From a cyanobacterium endosymbiont of Epithemia turgida isolate EtSB Lake Yunoko (GTDB lineage: Bacteria > Cyanobacteriota > Cyanobacteriia > Cyanobacteriales > Microcystaceae), in assembly GCF_000829235.1 (NCBI RefSeq), contig NZ_AP012549.1, forward strand, positions 1,020,001 through 1,052,000: a stretch of 32,000 nt of DNA, read 5' to 3'. Below are positions 20,194 to 29,459 of this stretch, piece after piece (the first letter of the stretch is position 1; the number at the start of each line of letters is the position of its first letter). The notes beneath the pieces are model-generated. The model was given only the letters and a program-made list of their open reading frames with translations, was not told the origin of the DNA and ran no database searches. The position numbers were made by a program, and so were the translations under genes.

Positions 20194-20259
20194 ATAAAAT
20201 TTAAGATAAATTAGAGAAAATAATAATATCAGGTTGTTGAATTCTTAGAGGAAAAAAGC

Positions 20260-21033
20260 TTGGACGAAACTTATCAAACCTATGTCAATCGGGTAGCAAG
20301 ACTGACCATACCGGATATTTATCAAACCCAACTTCAGAATATCCAAAAATCACCTAAATTTCAGGGTGGAAAATTTGTTGCTTTTCCCGGTTATACAGTT
20401 CTTACTCCTCCTTACGCAGAAGATTTTCTTAATGAGGAATTTTATCATCATCTGGAAACCATACAACAGCAATTGTCGGAAGAGATAGACTCAGATATAG
20501 TTGCTTGGGTACCCCCAAATAGTTTTCATTTAACCTTGGCTGATTTAATTTGGGACAAAAGTTATCAAGAAGCGGTTCAAGATAGCCCTAATTTCGACCA
20601 AAAAATTCAAGTTTATATGGAAGAAAGTTTTAAAAACTACCAAAAAATTGAACTAGAAAAAAATGAGCCTAAATGGCAATTATTAGGTTTACTAGTGTTT
20701 CCTCGTGCTCTAGTCGCAGGATTAGTACCTTGTGATGAGTTATCCTACGAAAAAATTGTTCAATTAAGGCGGTCAATTTATCAAAATATGGATTTAATAG
20801 CTTTGGGAATTGAACAACAGTATTATTTTACAGCTCATATTTCTTTGGGATATTTTACGGAAAATATATATGAGCTTGATCGAGATTACTTAGCCTCTGT
20901 TTTAACTACCTTTGATGATAAATGGTTAGAAGCTGAACCAAAGGTTTTAACAATTCGCCAGGCTGAGTTACGCAAATTTAAAGATATGACGAATTTTTTA
21001 CCCAGTGATAATAATCCTAGAGTAAAATTTTAG
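20260..21033 (+). CDS. 2H-phosphoesterase-superfamily-like protein (DUF1868-type), function unknown
   Basis: 257 aa. Two H-x-[TS]-x motifs at the spacing expected for the 2H fold: FHLTL (His codon 20527-20529) and AHISL (His codon 20836-20838). TTG start at 20260, preceded by agagga (20247-20252). Confidence 0.75.
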   Translation: MDETYQTYVNRVARLTIPDIYQTQLQNIQKSPKFQGGKFVAFPGYTVLTPPYAEDFLNEEFYHHLETIQQQLSEEIDSDIVAWVPPNSFHLTLADLIWDKSYQEAVQDSPNFDQKIQVYMEESFKNYQKIELEKNEPKWQLLGLLVFPRALVAGLVPCDELSYEKIVQLRRSIYQNMDLIALGIEQQYYFTAHISLGYFTENIYELDRDYLASVLTTFDDKWLEAEPKVLTIRQAELRKFKDMTNFLPSDNNPRVKF

Positions 21034-21482
21034 GTTTTAAATTTGGTTAGAAAGTAGGATAAATTAGATATAGTCTTAAACTATTTGAGAGATTGTTTGT
21101 CGATGATTAAATCAAGTAAAAATTATATTTTTTGTAGGGTAGTTAAGTTTTTATTGATAAACAGTCTCTTCAGATTTTCCTAAATTGATAATTTATCATC
21201 TATTAAATTTAGGGTATTAGCATACAAAATACTCGATGCTATAACTGTGGGAACATTAATGTCAGGAGGAGACTAAATTCTTATCCAATACAATCCTTCA
21301 ATAAGAGCATGGCAACCGGTAAAAATTGCCTGTCCTGCTGCGCAATTTACGATCTATAGGTTTCTTGATAACGGTGTAGAAGTCACTATCAAAGGATTGT
21401 AATTGCTCTTTTCTAAAAAGTTAATAGTCTTTAATTATTTAATGTTATTATCGTTATTATAGTCCACGATATTATATTCTAT

Positions 21483-21665
21483 TCATTTCTCTATTCCCTC
21501 TGATTTAATTTTATAGATGGATGGATAACAAGCTTTAAGATAAGTACTTTTAAGACCTTTTTGTGCTTTTATAAAAGATTTAGGAATACAAGAGTTTTTA
21601 TTTAATCCTCTAACCAAAATATTAATAATGGCTTGACTTCCGCTTAGGAAATATTCACAACCCAC
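21483..21665 (-). pseudogene. Short gene fragment, tentatively the PLP-enzyme fragment of an Orn/Lys/Arg-decarboxylase-like gene
   Basis: The open frame NLICTDVGCEYFLSGSQAIINILVRGLNKNSCIPKSFIKAQKGLKSTYLKACYPSIYKIKSEG loosely parallels the tFFlvNGStsa..a.i.av..pgdkiliPRN.HKS......lsGA.PvYi segment of that family. It is only 60 codons, isolated and flanked by AT-rich DNA. The family assignment is weak. Confidence 0.3.
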
Positions 21666-23179
21666 ATCGGTACAAATAAGATTTTAAACCTGACAAAAGG
21701 AAGCATTCTCAATCAATTAAGCGATATACATAATAAAATTTAATATTTTTATCTATTAAATTTTCTACAGAACTATTAATAGATTGCAGTAAAAATGAGC
21801 TTTCAATTAAGTTTAAATAAATAACAACTAAAGTCTAAATTAATTGTCAGTTAGCTTATAATTAAATAGTATAAATATTTTTTATTTTATAAAAAATAGC
21901 CAATATTTTTATTTAAATTATTTTAACAACGTCTAAGAATTTCCTGATTTTTAATAAAAAGAAGTTCCACTTTCAAATTTTAATCCTTAGGGTCAAAACT
22001 ATGAGCCACTTCTCCAGCAATGGTATGACGTTTTAAAATAACTATTGTTTGCCATATTGAGTTACTAATGCTCTACGGTTAAGCCTTTACTTCCGCTTAT
22101 AAAGCTATCATATACATAAAAAACAATAAAACCCTTGATGATTAGCATCTATTAACTCTACTAAATTTAAGATAGTAAAGATGACCTAACCATAACATAG
22201 CACTATTGGTAAAAAACTTTAATAATAAGCATGCTGTTTAAAAATTTAAAAAATCTAAAATAAAGTTTTTTCAACGTCAATATTAATGGTTTTACACGAC
22301 AGGTTTATTAGAAACTATCTTTTTACTTCTATGGATTAGATTATCTATGTTGTGAGTAAAATTTAGACTAAATATTTTAATTTTGTAGTAGTTAAGAAGT
22401 TGAAATCTTCTATAAAAAATATATTTTTTACTACTAAACTTCTGATATGAAACTTATATTTTTTTAAAAAAAAAGAACGGGGAATACATTCTAACTTTCG
22501 GTTTTCTGATCAGACTAATAGTTATTCTACTTTTCTTTTTTAAGAAAGTTAAGAATTCTTTCTTTCATATCTTTTTTTGTATTCTTTTCCTGTACTAACT
22601 TTGATTAAAGTAGTACTTCTTTTAATCGGTCAAACTAGACCATATAATTCATCTTTATGAAATCTTTAAGCAAAAAAATAGTGCTTTTGGGTAAAAAACA
22701 TTTATTTTCAAGAAATGATTGATTTTTTGAAAAAATTAATTAATATTTAATATCTTTTATTTCTTTTTCTTAACTGTTCCCTATTCCTAATTATTAGCTC
22801 ACTATATTAAGTCCGGTAAAACTTCATATTTGTGATATTATAATTATGAAATAATATAAAGACTATGAATAATATGTCCATTATTTGTAAGGCTAAGATA
22901 GAGCGATAAAATTATCTCAATTTTTACAAGATCAGGAGAATTATGTTCCATATAATCAACATTATAGATAAATTAATTTTTATATTTATTTGTATTTTTT
23001 AAAGCTTCTTAAATATAAATTTATTATTAATAACTCTAGGATTTTATCTAGTAGATATTTTTGTTTATTCAACTAGTGAAGAATCCTATTAATTTTTATT
23101 GATAGTTTTATGTTCTCAGGCTTTGAGGATTTTTCTTGAAGCTTTTTAATAAGCTTTTTTTGGGTTCGATCAAAATCAA

Positions 23180-23213
23180 CTTAACCATACGCTAATATTG
23201 GCGTATGGTTAAG
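23180..23213 (-). terminator. Intrinsic terminator of the 105-aa membrane-protein gene
   Basis: 13-bp perfect stem cttaaccatacgc / gcgtatggttaag with an 8-nt loop. It starts 2 nt after the stop codon (23216-23218). On the minus strand it is followed by TTGATTTTGATCG. Confidence 0.65.
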
Positions 23214-23215
23214 TC

Positions 23216-23533
23216 TTAAGAAGACTTATTTTTAAATAAAGCTTTATATAAAACAAATAAAATGGACCCTAAGATTCCGAGCATGATTACAGAGGTCACT
23301 AACCGTAAGATACTATTGAGTAAGGATAGAGCCACAATAATCGCTACAATAGCCAGGCCTATTTTTGTATAAATAGCTAGTTTATTGTACCATTGTTTGA
23401 GGCGAACTAGGAAACTTTTAGGATTTTCATTAGCCTTAAAAGACCACACAGAAAATAGTTCAGATTCTTGGTTTATTTCCGCTTCTAAATCTTTGAGGTG
23501 TTGCTCCCCGTCTTGAGGATTTTGCTGACTCAT
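23216..23533 (-). CDS. Small membrane protein (105 aa, acidic N-terminus, two predicted TM helices)
   Basis: ATG start. The protein has a charged N-terminal half (EQHLKDLEAEINQESE), then IGLAIVAIIVALSLLNSIL and VIMLGILGSILFVLY. Composition is gene-like and the gene has its own terminator. No family recognised. Confidence 0.6.
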   Translation of the reverse strand: MSQQNPQDGEQHLKDLEAEINQESELFSVWSFKANENPKSFLVRLKQWYNKLAIYTKIGLAIVAIIVALSLLNSILRLVTSVIMLGILGSILFVLYKALFKNKSS

Positions 23534-23621
23534 AGTATTTGGATGTTAACTGAAATTGCTATCTAGATTCTGTGTCTATTATAATGGCAATACTAGAACA
23601 TTAGGATATAATAAATATTAG

Positions 23622-23676
23622 TGTTCTTAATTTTCTCATCCCTAAAATAATTTTAGGGATGAGAAAATTAAGAACA
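23622..23676. repeat. 55-nt perfect palindrome (27-bp arms around one central base)
   Basis: tgttcttaattttctcatccctaaaat (23622-23648) / a / attttagggatgagaaaattaagaaca (23650-23676). The arms are exact reverse complements. It lies 89-143 nt upstream of the ATG at 23533. Confidence 0.95.
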
Positions 23677-24439
23677 TATATTATCATTTTGTAACCTAGA
23701 TAATTATTCAGCAATCTATGTCTCTTAAACATAGCTATCGTATTTACTTAACCTATAGTTTTAATCTTTTGATAACATTTTTAGTTACTGTTTTTTTATT
23801 TTTTTGAGACAAGTATATCATCATGCATTTGAGTCTATAATTTTCAGGAGTTTCACACTCTAAATTTTGTATAATTACTTTAGCTTAATCGTGTACCGAC
23901 AAAAAACTCGTTATTAATAATTGAAAATCAAAACAACAAGTGATGATAGCCACTATCATCGCTGCTCGTCAAAAAGTTCGCACTTTTTTTAAATATTTCT
24001 TCAAGTCCACAGGAAGCTGATACCAATCCAGTGAAAAAAGCTTATCTTACTTTATAAGTGGTAATTTTTCATACTTTATCTAAGGCATTTTCTAATAAAA
24101 CAGGTCATAGCAGAATAAAATATTTTTATACTTCAATAATCAGAATTGTCGAACGTAATGGCTTAAATCAGTAGGTAATTAAAGTAAATACTTTCCAAAA
24201 TAACTTCAAAGAGGGTGATTGACTCAATTAATTAGGGTAATGATCAAATTTCAGTATGTTATTGGACTTTAGATACAATTGAATAGACTAATAGTACATC
24301 CAAAGAAATTAATATGTGATTGTCCTAGGGTTACAGAGCAAAATATTATATCATTATCAATATATAACAAATACTTTATTTTATAAATATATCTATTAAT
24401 TTAAAGGTAAAAATATACAGTACTTACAAAGTATTTTTG

Positions 24440-24485
24440 TATCTTTACGTATAATATAAAAATTTTTATCTTATACGTAAAGATA
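24440..24485. repeat. 46-nt loop-less palindrome (22 of 23 positions complementary)
   Basis: tatctttacgtataatataaaaa | tttttatcttatacgtaaagata, with a single T/C mismatch at position 16 of the arm. Confidence 0.9.
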
Positions 24486-24550
24486 GTAAGAGTTAAAACG
24501 TATATTTGTCAGCAGCAAAACCAGCTTAAGTTAAAAGTTACATGCAATAA

Positions 24551-24599
24551 TTATGTTAACTATCTTAGTTAAGTCTGAGATTAATGATAGTTAACATAA
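24551..24599. repeat. 14-bp inverted repeat with 21-nt loop, about 120 nt downstream of the methyltransferase stop
   Basis: ttatgttaactatc (24551-24564) pairs with gatagttaacataa (24586-24599), exact. Confidence 0.85.
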
Positions 24600-24716
24600 A
24601 GTAATTAGTTCATAAAAATTTAGGTCAATAGTTTAATTAGAATATGGTCTTTATCTAAAAAATACATTATCTATATTATTTTTAATATATTATCTCAGAG
24701 AATATTTATAATTATT

Positions 24717-26000
24717 TTATCGAATTCTTTTATTAATTAAACTAGAATTAACTCCATAATATTGAGCTGCTTGTGACATATTAAAACTTAATATTTCCTG
24801 TTTCATGAGTGAATATTGAGCCATAGGTTTAATTGATTTAATGCCAAGACATTTGATGATTTCCGTTGCAATTGCTTTGGCTAGTAAAGGAGGAACCGAA
24901 TTACCTACCTGACGAAATCCATGCCATTTAGTAACATGAAATCTAAACCAATCAGGATAAGAATGAAGTCTTGCAGCTTCTCTAACAGTAATACATCTAG
25001 GGGTAATAGGATGAATGGGACGAGGGGAAGTATGCCCTCCTCTACTACTAGGAGTTCCTGCTCTTAAGGTGTTACATATACTATCACAATCTAACCTTAA
25101 TAATCGACTAATAGGTTCAGTTTTTCCCGGAAGAGTTTTATTAAATCTTTCCTTAGATATAAGAGTATGTTTTGTTCTTAAGCTAGATGTTAGAAGGTTT
25201 TTTTCGTAGCTTCTTTGATAAGAAAAATCATCATCTAAGTCGACTAAAAATCTCAATTTTTTTACGTAATTACTTTGTGTACCGTAATTAACAATAGTCC
25301 AATCTCTCTTTTCAAGTTCAGGATAATTATTGACTTCAGGTAAGTCCTTAATTGCATCCCAAACGGTAGGACAATTAGGTAAAATAGACCTGGTTTTGGT
25401 TGCTAATTTATGAGTGAAATTATTACTGATAGCTTGAGGATAGTTAGGTAAAGTCAATCTTTTCTGACATCCCAACAAAAAAAGTCTTTTTCTATTTTGG
25501 GGAACTCCATAATTAGCAGCATTTAAAATTTGATAATTAGTTTCTATTATATAATTATTTTGAATGAATTTATCGAAAATATTTTCTAAGAGTTGTTGAT
25601 ATTTTCCGATAGCCATTCCCGGAACATTTTCAAGTACAAAATACTTTGGATTCAACTCTAAAACTAATCGAATAAAATGATAAATTAATAAATTTCTTTC
25701 ATCTTCTAAAAGACGTTTACCTATTAAAGAAAATCCTTGACAAGGAGGTCCACCAAATATAACATCAATGGAGCGATTACCAATTTTTGATAGTTGTTTA
25801 ATTTCTGATCCAGTAATTTCTTGTATATCCCGACAAATGGTTGTCCAAAACGGAAAGTTATACTCATGAATAGCGCAATGAATGGGATCTATTTCTATTG
25901 ATGCAAGAACATCAAATCCAGCTTGTTCAAAGCCTAATGTCATTCCTCCTGCACCAGCAAATAAATCAATAGCAATTGGTCTTTTGTGATTGATTTGCAA
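24717..26000 (-). CDS. DNA (cytosine-5)-methyltransferase with C-terminal HTH-like extension
   Basis: 427 aa. Motif I DLFAGAGG, motif IV GGPPCQGFS, motif VI ENV, motif VIII QNRKRLF, motif IX ITVREAARLHSYPDWF, motif X GNSVPP. TTG start at 25998-26000 with GGAG (complement of 26011-26014) 10 nt upstream. No in-frame ATG occurs before residue 19. Confidence 0.93.
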   Translation of the reverse strand: MQINHKRPIAIDLFAGAGGMTLGFEQAGFDVLASIEIDPIHCAIHEYNFPFWTTICRDIQEITGSEIKQLSKIGNRSIDVIFGGPPCQGFSLIGKRLLEDERNLLIYHFIRLVLELNPKYFVLENVPGMAIGKYQQLLENIFDKFIQNNYIIETNYQILNAANYGVPQNRKRLFLLGCQKRLTLPNYPQAISNNFTHKLATKTRSILPNCPTVWDAIKDLPEVNNYPELEKRDWTIVNYGTQSNYVKKLRFLVDLDDDFSYQRSYEKNLLTSSLRTKHTLISKERFNKTLPGKTEPISRLLRLDCDSICNTLRAGTPSSRGGHTSPRPIHPITPRCITVREAARLHSYPDWFRFHVTKWHGFRQVGNSVPPLLAKAIATEIIKCLGIKSIKPMAQYSLMKQEILSFNMSQAAQYYGVNSSLINKRIR

Positions 26001-26014
26001 ATTTTAATTACTCC

Positions 26015-26803
26015 TTAAAATTCAACAATAACTGGAGCATGATCGCTCGGTTTTATCAATTTTCTTGGCTCAATATCAATAGTGCAACTAATAGCTTTTT
26101 CATAAAGTGTTGGGGTAAGATAATGGTGATCAATCCGCCATCCGCGATTGTCCTGAAATCCGCCCGCTCTATAGTCCCACCAGCTAAAATACTCACCTCC
26201 TGATGTGAATTTTCGAAAGGCATCTTTTAATCCTAACGAAAGGATGTCTTGTAAAGCTTCCCGTTCTAACGGAGAAGACATAATATGATTCTCTTTAGAC
26301 TTATAGTTATAAATATCTCTATCTTCTAAGGCAATATTAAAATCTCCACAAATACATAACTTTTGATTAGATTTATCTAAAATATTAGCTACATATTGTT
26401 TTAGGACTTTTAACCACCGTAACTTATAGTTATATTTTTCACTTCCTACAGAAGTACCATTAGGGACATATAAATTGACGATCCTTACATCCTCTAAGAT
26501 TCCTGTAATAACTCGTTTTTGCTCATCAAACTCTTCTAATAAAAAATCCTTAATAATAGGACTAAATCCAGTGTTAACATCTTCTAAGGGTTGACGACTG
26601 AGAATAGCGACTCCATTGTAGGATTTTTGTCCATAAATATAAACGTGATAACCCAATTTTTCAAAAGTGCTTTTAGGAAAATCGTGATCAACCACTTTAG
26701 TTTCTTGTAAACAAAGAGCATCCACACAACTACTATTTAACCAGTCTATGACATGGGGTTGTCTAATACGAATTGAGTTAACATTCCAGGTAGCAATTCT
26801 CAT
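26015..26803 (-). CDS. xth: Exodeoxyribonuclease III (AP endonuclease, EEP family)
   Basis: 262 aa. MRIATWNVNSIR, LCLQETK, GDFNIA, WDYR and SDHAPV motifs of the ExoIII/APE1 family. ATG at 26801-26803. The stop TAA at 26015-26017 abuts the SD of the methyltransferase gene. Confidence 0.95.
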   Translation of the reverse strand: MRIATWNVNSIRIRQPHVIDWLNSSCVDALCLQETKVVDHDFPKSTFEKLGYHVYIYGQKSYNGVAILSRQPLEDVNTGFSPIIKDFLLEEFDEQKRVITGILEDVRIVNLYVPNGTSVGSEKYNYKLRWLKVLKQYVANILDKSNQKLCICGDFNIALEDRDIYNYKSKENHIMSSPLEREALQDILSLGLKDAFRKFTSGGEYFSWWDYRAGGFQDNRGWRIDHHYLTPTLYEKAISCTIDIEPRKLIKPSDHAPVIVEF

Positions 26804-27075
26804 ATACTCTAGTATTCTTTGTAAGTTTATAATGTTAGATTTATTTTGAGCAACAGTGTTTCACACACAATCAAAAATTTTTATAAATGTAAACTTCAAA
26901 TTATCTGGACAGTAGTCTAGGTTCTCTATCATCTAAATAAACTAGCAATTGATACTAATAAGAAAAAAAAATAACAGACGGGTTTTCTTTATTGAGACTA
27001 TTTTAAAGGTGTAATGATTTGCAAAAAAAACTATGAGAAAAAAAGGTCTTTACAAAAACTCTAACAAACTTTAAT

Positions 27076-28368
27076 TTAAGAAGCATGAACTACTGCCATA
27101 TTACTTATTAAAAGCTTAATAGCAGCTTGATATTGTAAATCTATATCAGTACCAATTTGTTGATAACTAATAGGGTCTTGGGGAACGACTTCATCAGGAA
27201 TAATTCCTAATCTATGAATATCTTTGTGGTTGGGAGTTTCATATTTAGCTACTGTTACCGCTAATCCTGCTCCATCAGGTAACTCGAACAAAGACTGAAT
27301 TAAACCTTTGCCAAAGGTTTTTTCGCCGACTAATATACCTCGACCATTATCTTGTAATGCTCCGGATACAATCTCACTAGCACTGGCGGTTCCTTCGTTT
27401 ACTAGTACGGCTAAAGGAGCTTCTGTTAACGCGGAACCAAAAGCAGAAAAACTATCTCGAATTCCTTGACGATCAACTGTATGAACTATAGTTCCATTAT
27501 TTAGCCAAAGACGAGCAACTTCAATCCCTGCCTGTAACAATCCCCCTGGGTTATTTCGTAAATCTAAAATATAAGCCTTAGTTCCTTGTTGTTCTAAATT
27601 AGCCACTGCATCAGCAACATCTTGGGCTGCATTAGCACTAAATTGACTAAGGCGAACATAACCAATAGGAATGTTTTGGGTTTGATTATCAATATCAGCA
27701 AATACCGGACTTAGCGAAATATGAGCTCGCATAATGTTAATTTGACGAATGACCTTTTCATCCTTGTAAGGTTTGATGGTTAGAGAAACTTGTGTTCCAT
27801 TCGCTCCACGCATTTTGGTAGCTGCTTCATCAAGAGTTAAAGTAGTGGTGTCTACTCCGTCAATTTTCAATATGCGATCACGTGCTTTGATACCAGCGGA
27901 CTCAGCTGGTGATCCTGTTAAGGGCGCAACCACTTCCAATTTGCCCGTCTCGGGATTGATATTGATCTGTAAACCTACTCCTGATAATTCTCCAGCAGTA
28001 CTCATTTGTAAGTTGTTATATTGTCCTGGTCGTAGAAGGCGAGTAAAAGGTTCATCGAGAGTGGCTAACATTTCGTCAATGGTGTCGTAAGTTTCTTTAC
28101 GATCATGAAGATGTCGTTGCAGAAATTTTTGACGTAATAACCACCAATTTTGGTTATTAAATGAATTATCTATGTAGGCTTGATTAACCAATCGCCAAGA
28201 CTGAAGTAAGAGTTTTTGATCTTGCGTAAACGCTGAAGCAATTGGACTACCGACGAAGCAATTGAGCAAAAGGGAACAAATAACTAGAATAGTAACCAAT
28301 AACGTACGTTTTCTCATGAGAAAGGTAGATAATTGATGTTTTGTCTTTTTCTTAAAAAAGGGACTCAT
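27076..28368 (-). CDS. Carboxyl-terminal processing protease (S41, Ctp family) with PDZ domain
   Basis: 430 aa. N-terminal signal/TM segment, PDZ domain (GVGLQI...AGIKARDRILKIDG), catalytic Ser context NEGTASASEI and Lys context GEKTFGKG. The paralog (CtpA/B/C) cannot be assigned from sequence alone. Confidence 0.92.
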   Translation of the reverse strand: MSPFFKKKTKHQLSTFLMRKRTLLVTILVICSLLLNCFVGSPIASAFTQDQKLLLQSWRLVNQAYIDNSFNNQNWWLLRQKFLQRHLHDRKETYDTIDEMLATLDEPFTRLLRPGQYNNLQMSTAGELSGVGLQININPETGKLEVVAPLTGSPAESAGIKARDRILKIDGVDTTTLTLDEAATKMRGANGTQVSLTIKPYKDEKVIRQINIMRAHISLSPVFADIDNQTQNIPIGYVRLSQFSANAAQDVADAVANLEQQGTKAYILDLRNNPGGLLQAGIEVARLWLNNGTIVHTVDRQGIRDSFSAFGSALTEAPLAVLVNEGTASASEIVSGALQDNGRGILVGEKTFGKGLIQSLFELPDGAGLAVTVAKYETPNHKDIHRLGIIPDEVVPQDPISYQQIGTDIDLQYQAAIKLLISNMAVVHAS

Positions 28369-29459
28369 GGCAGAAGTCAGAAATGATAAGTCAAAAGTAA
28401 AATTTCTTTATCGGGTTAGGTTTGAGAAAAAAGTTTTATCAATCCCTATACTTTTAATTCTATGGTCTCACTGTGCCGAAAGTTTTAGCAAAAATTTTAC
28501 TAAAAACTTCTACTTTAGTTTGACTTAGAAATCTAATTGATAGGTTTTGTAACAAAAATAGAAGTAATTATCCAAGTGACTGAAGTAGTTCTTGCCATGA
28601 TCCACAGAAGTACTGTTAAGAATAACACGTAAGAGGCAATCACCATATAAGTGGAGCATTACAGACTCAAGAAAAGTGTTTGACTCAATCTCTCCTTCTA
28701 GGATAATCAAATAGAGACTAATCAAATACTATGCTTTTCTTGCCTCTTTTAGAAAGCCAAATTATTGTAAATGTGCTCAAAAAGTTAAAATTAATCAAGT
28801 ATTATCGCTAATATTTAAGCTTACTCCCTAATAGAAAAAAAAATTTCCATTGATCAATAATGAAGTATGTACAGCTATTTTAGCTATATTTCCAGGGTTT
28901 TTAGACAAAGTAATCTAAATCGTTCCTAATTTACCCCAAAAACTTATCCTAGTGATTTTCGGCAAAATTCATCAATAATAGAAAGCTATCCCTAGCCTAG
29001 TCTTAGCAGAAAAGGAGCAAAAGTTCCTTCAAGCCACTGATGTAGAATCATATAAAAGTTCTTAATCCATCAAACTATCAATGAAGCGATTAATTTAGTA
29101 ACCGATGAAGACATGATTTGGTGGTTTTAACACTGCAAATAGCGATTGAATTTTGAGAAAAATAGGAGAGAACTTATAAAACTTTATCCCTCACTTCTAG
29201 CTGTTAAGAAAACATAATTATCTATAGAGACTGCTAAATTTTATTAAGCATAGTCATAAAAAATTAGCTCATATATTTTTATAAACAGAAGAACTCCTCA
29301 AGAGAATAATTTTATATTAATAAAATTAGATAGTAATAATACTATTACTTTTTAGTAATGCTCATTATTGAAATAATTACGTTGATTTTTTAACTATTTT
29401 TACTTTAAAATAACGTGTCTATTTTATGCTAATTTTTATTTTTTCGAAAAATATAGTCA

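Noticed and set aside
23162-23171. gggttcgatc, reminiscent of a tRNA T-arm
   Set aside because: There is no acceptor, D or anticodon stem in the flanks, which are A/T runs. It is not a tRNA.
23534-24716. A decayed restriction endonuclease gene downstream of the methyltransferase
   Set aside because: Manual six-frame reading shows only very short frames, for example a 25-aa MIATIIAARQKVRTFFKYFFKSTGS and fragments of 30 codons or fewer. None has nuclease motifs (PD-(D/E)XK, HNH, GIY-YIG). The idea is kept only as a hypothesis to test by blastx.
25015-25209. 64-aa plus-strand ORF inside the methyltransferase gene
   Set aside because: It is antisense to motif IX and the target-recognition region, with no signals.
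27773-28090. 105-aa plus-strand ORF inside the ctp gene
   Set aside because: It is antisense to the PDZ domain and is a shadow ORF.
28525-28725. 66-aa minus-strand ORF upstream of ctp
   Set aside because: It has no start context and no homology. The region (28540-29200) has slightly gene-like composition and several short broken frames, so it may be another relic. I could not support a specific call.
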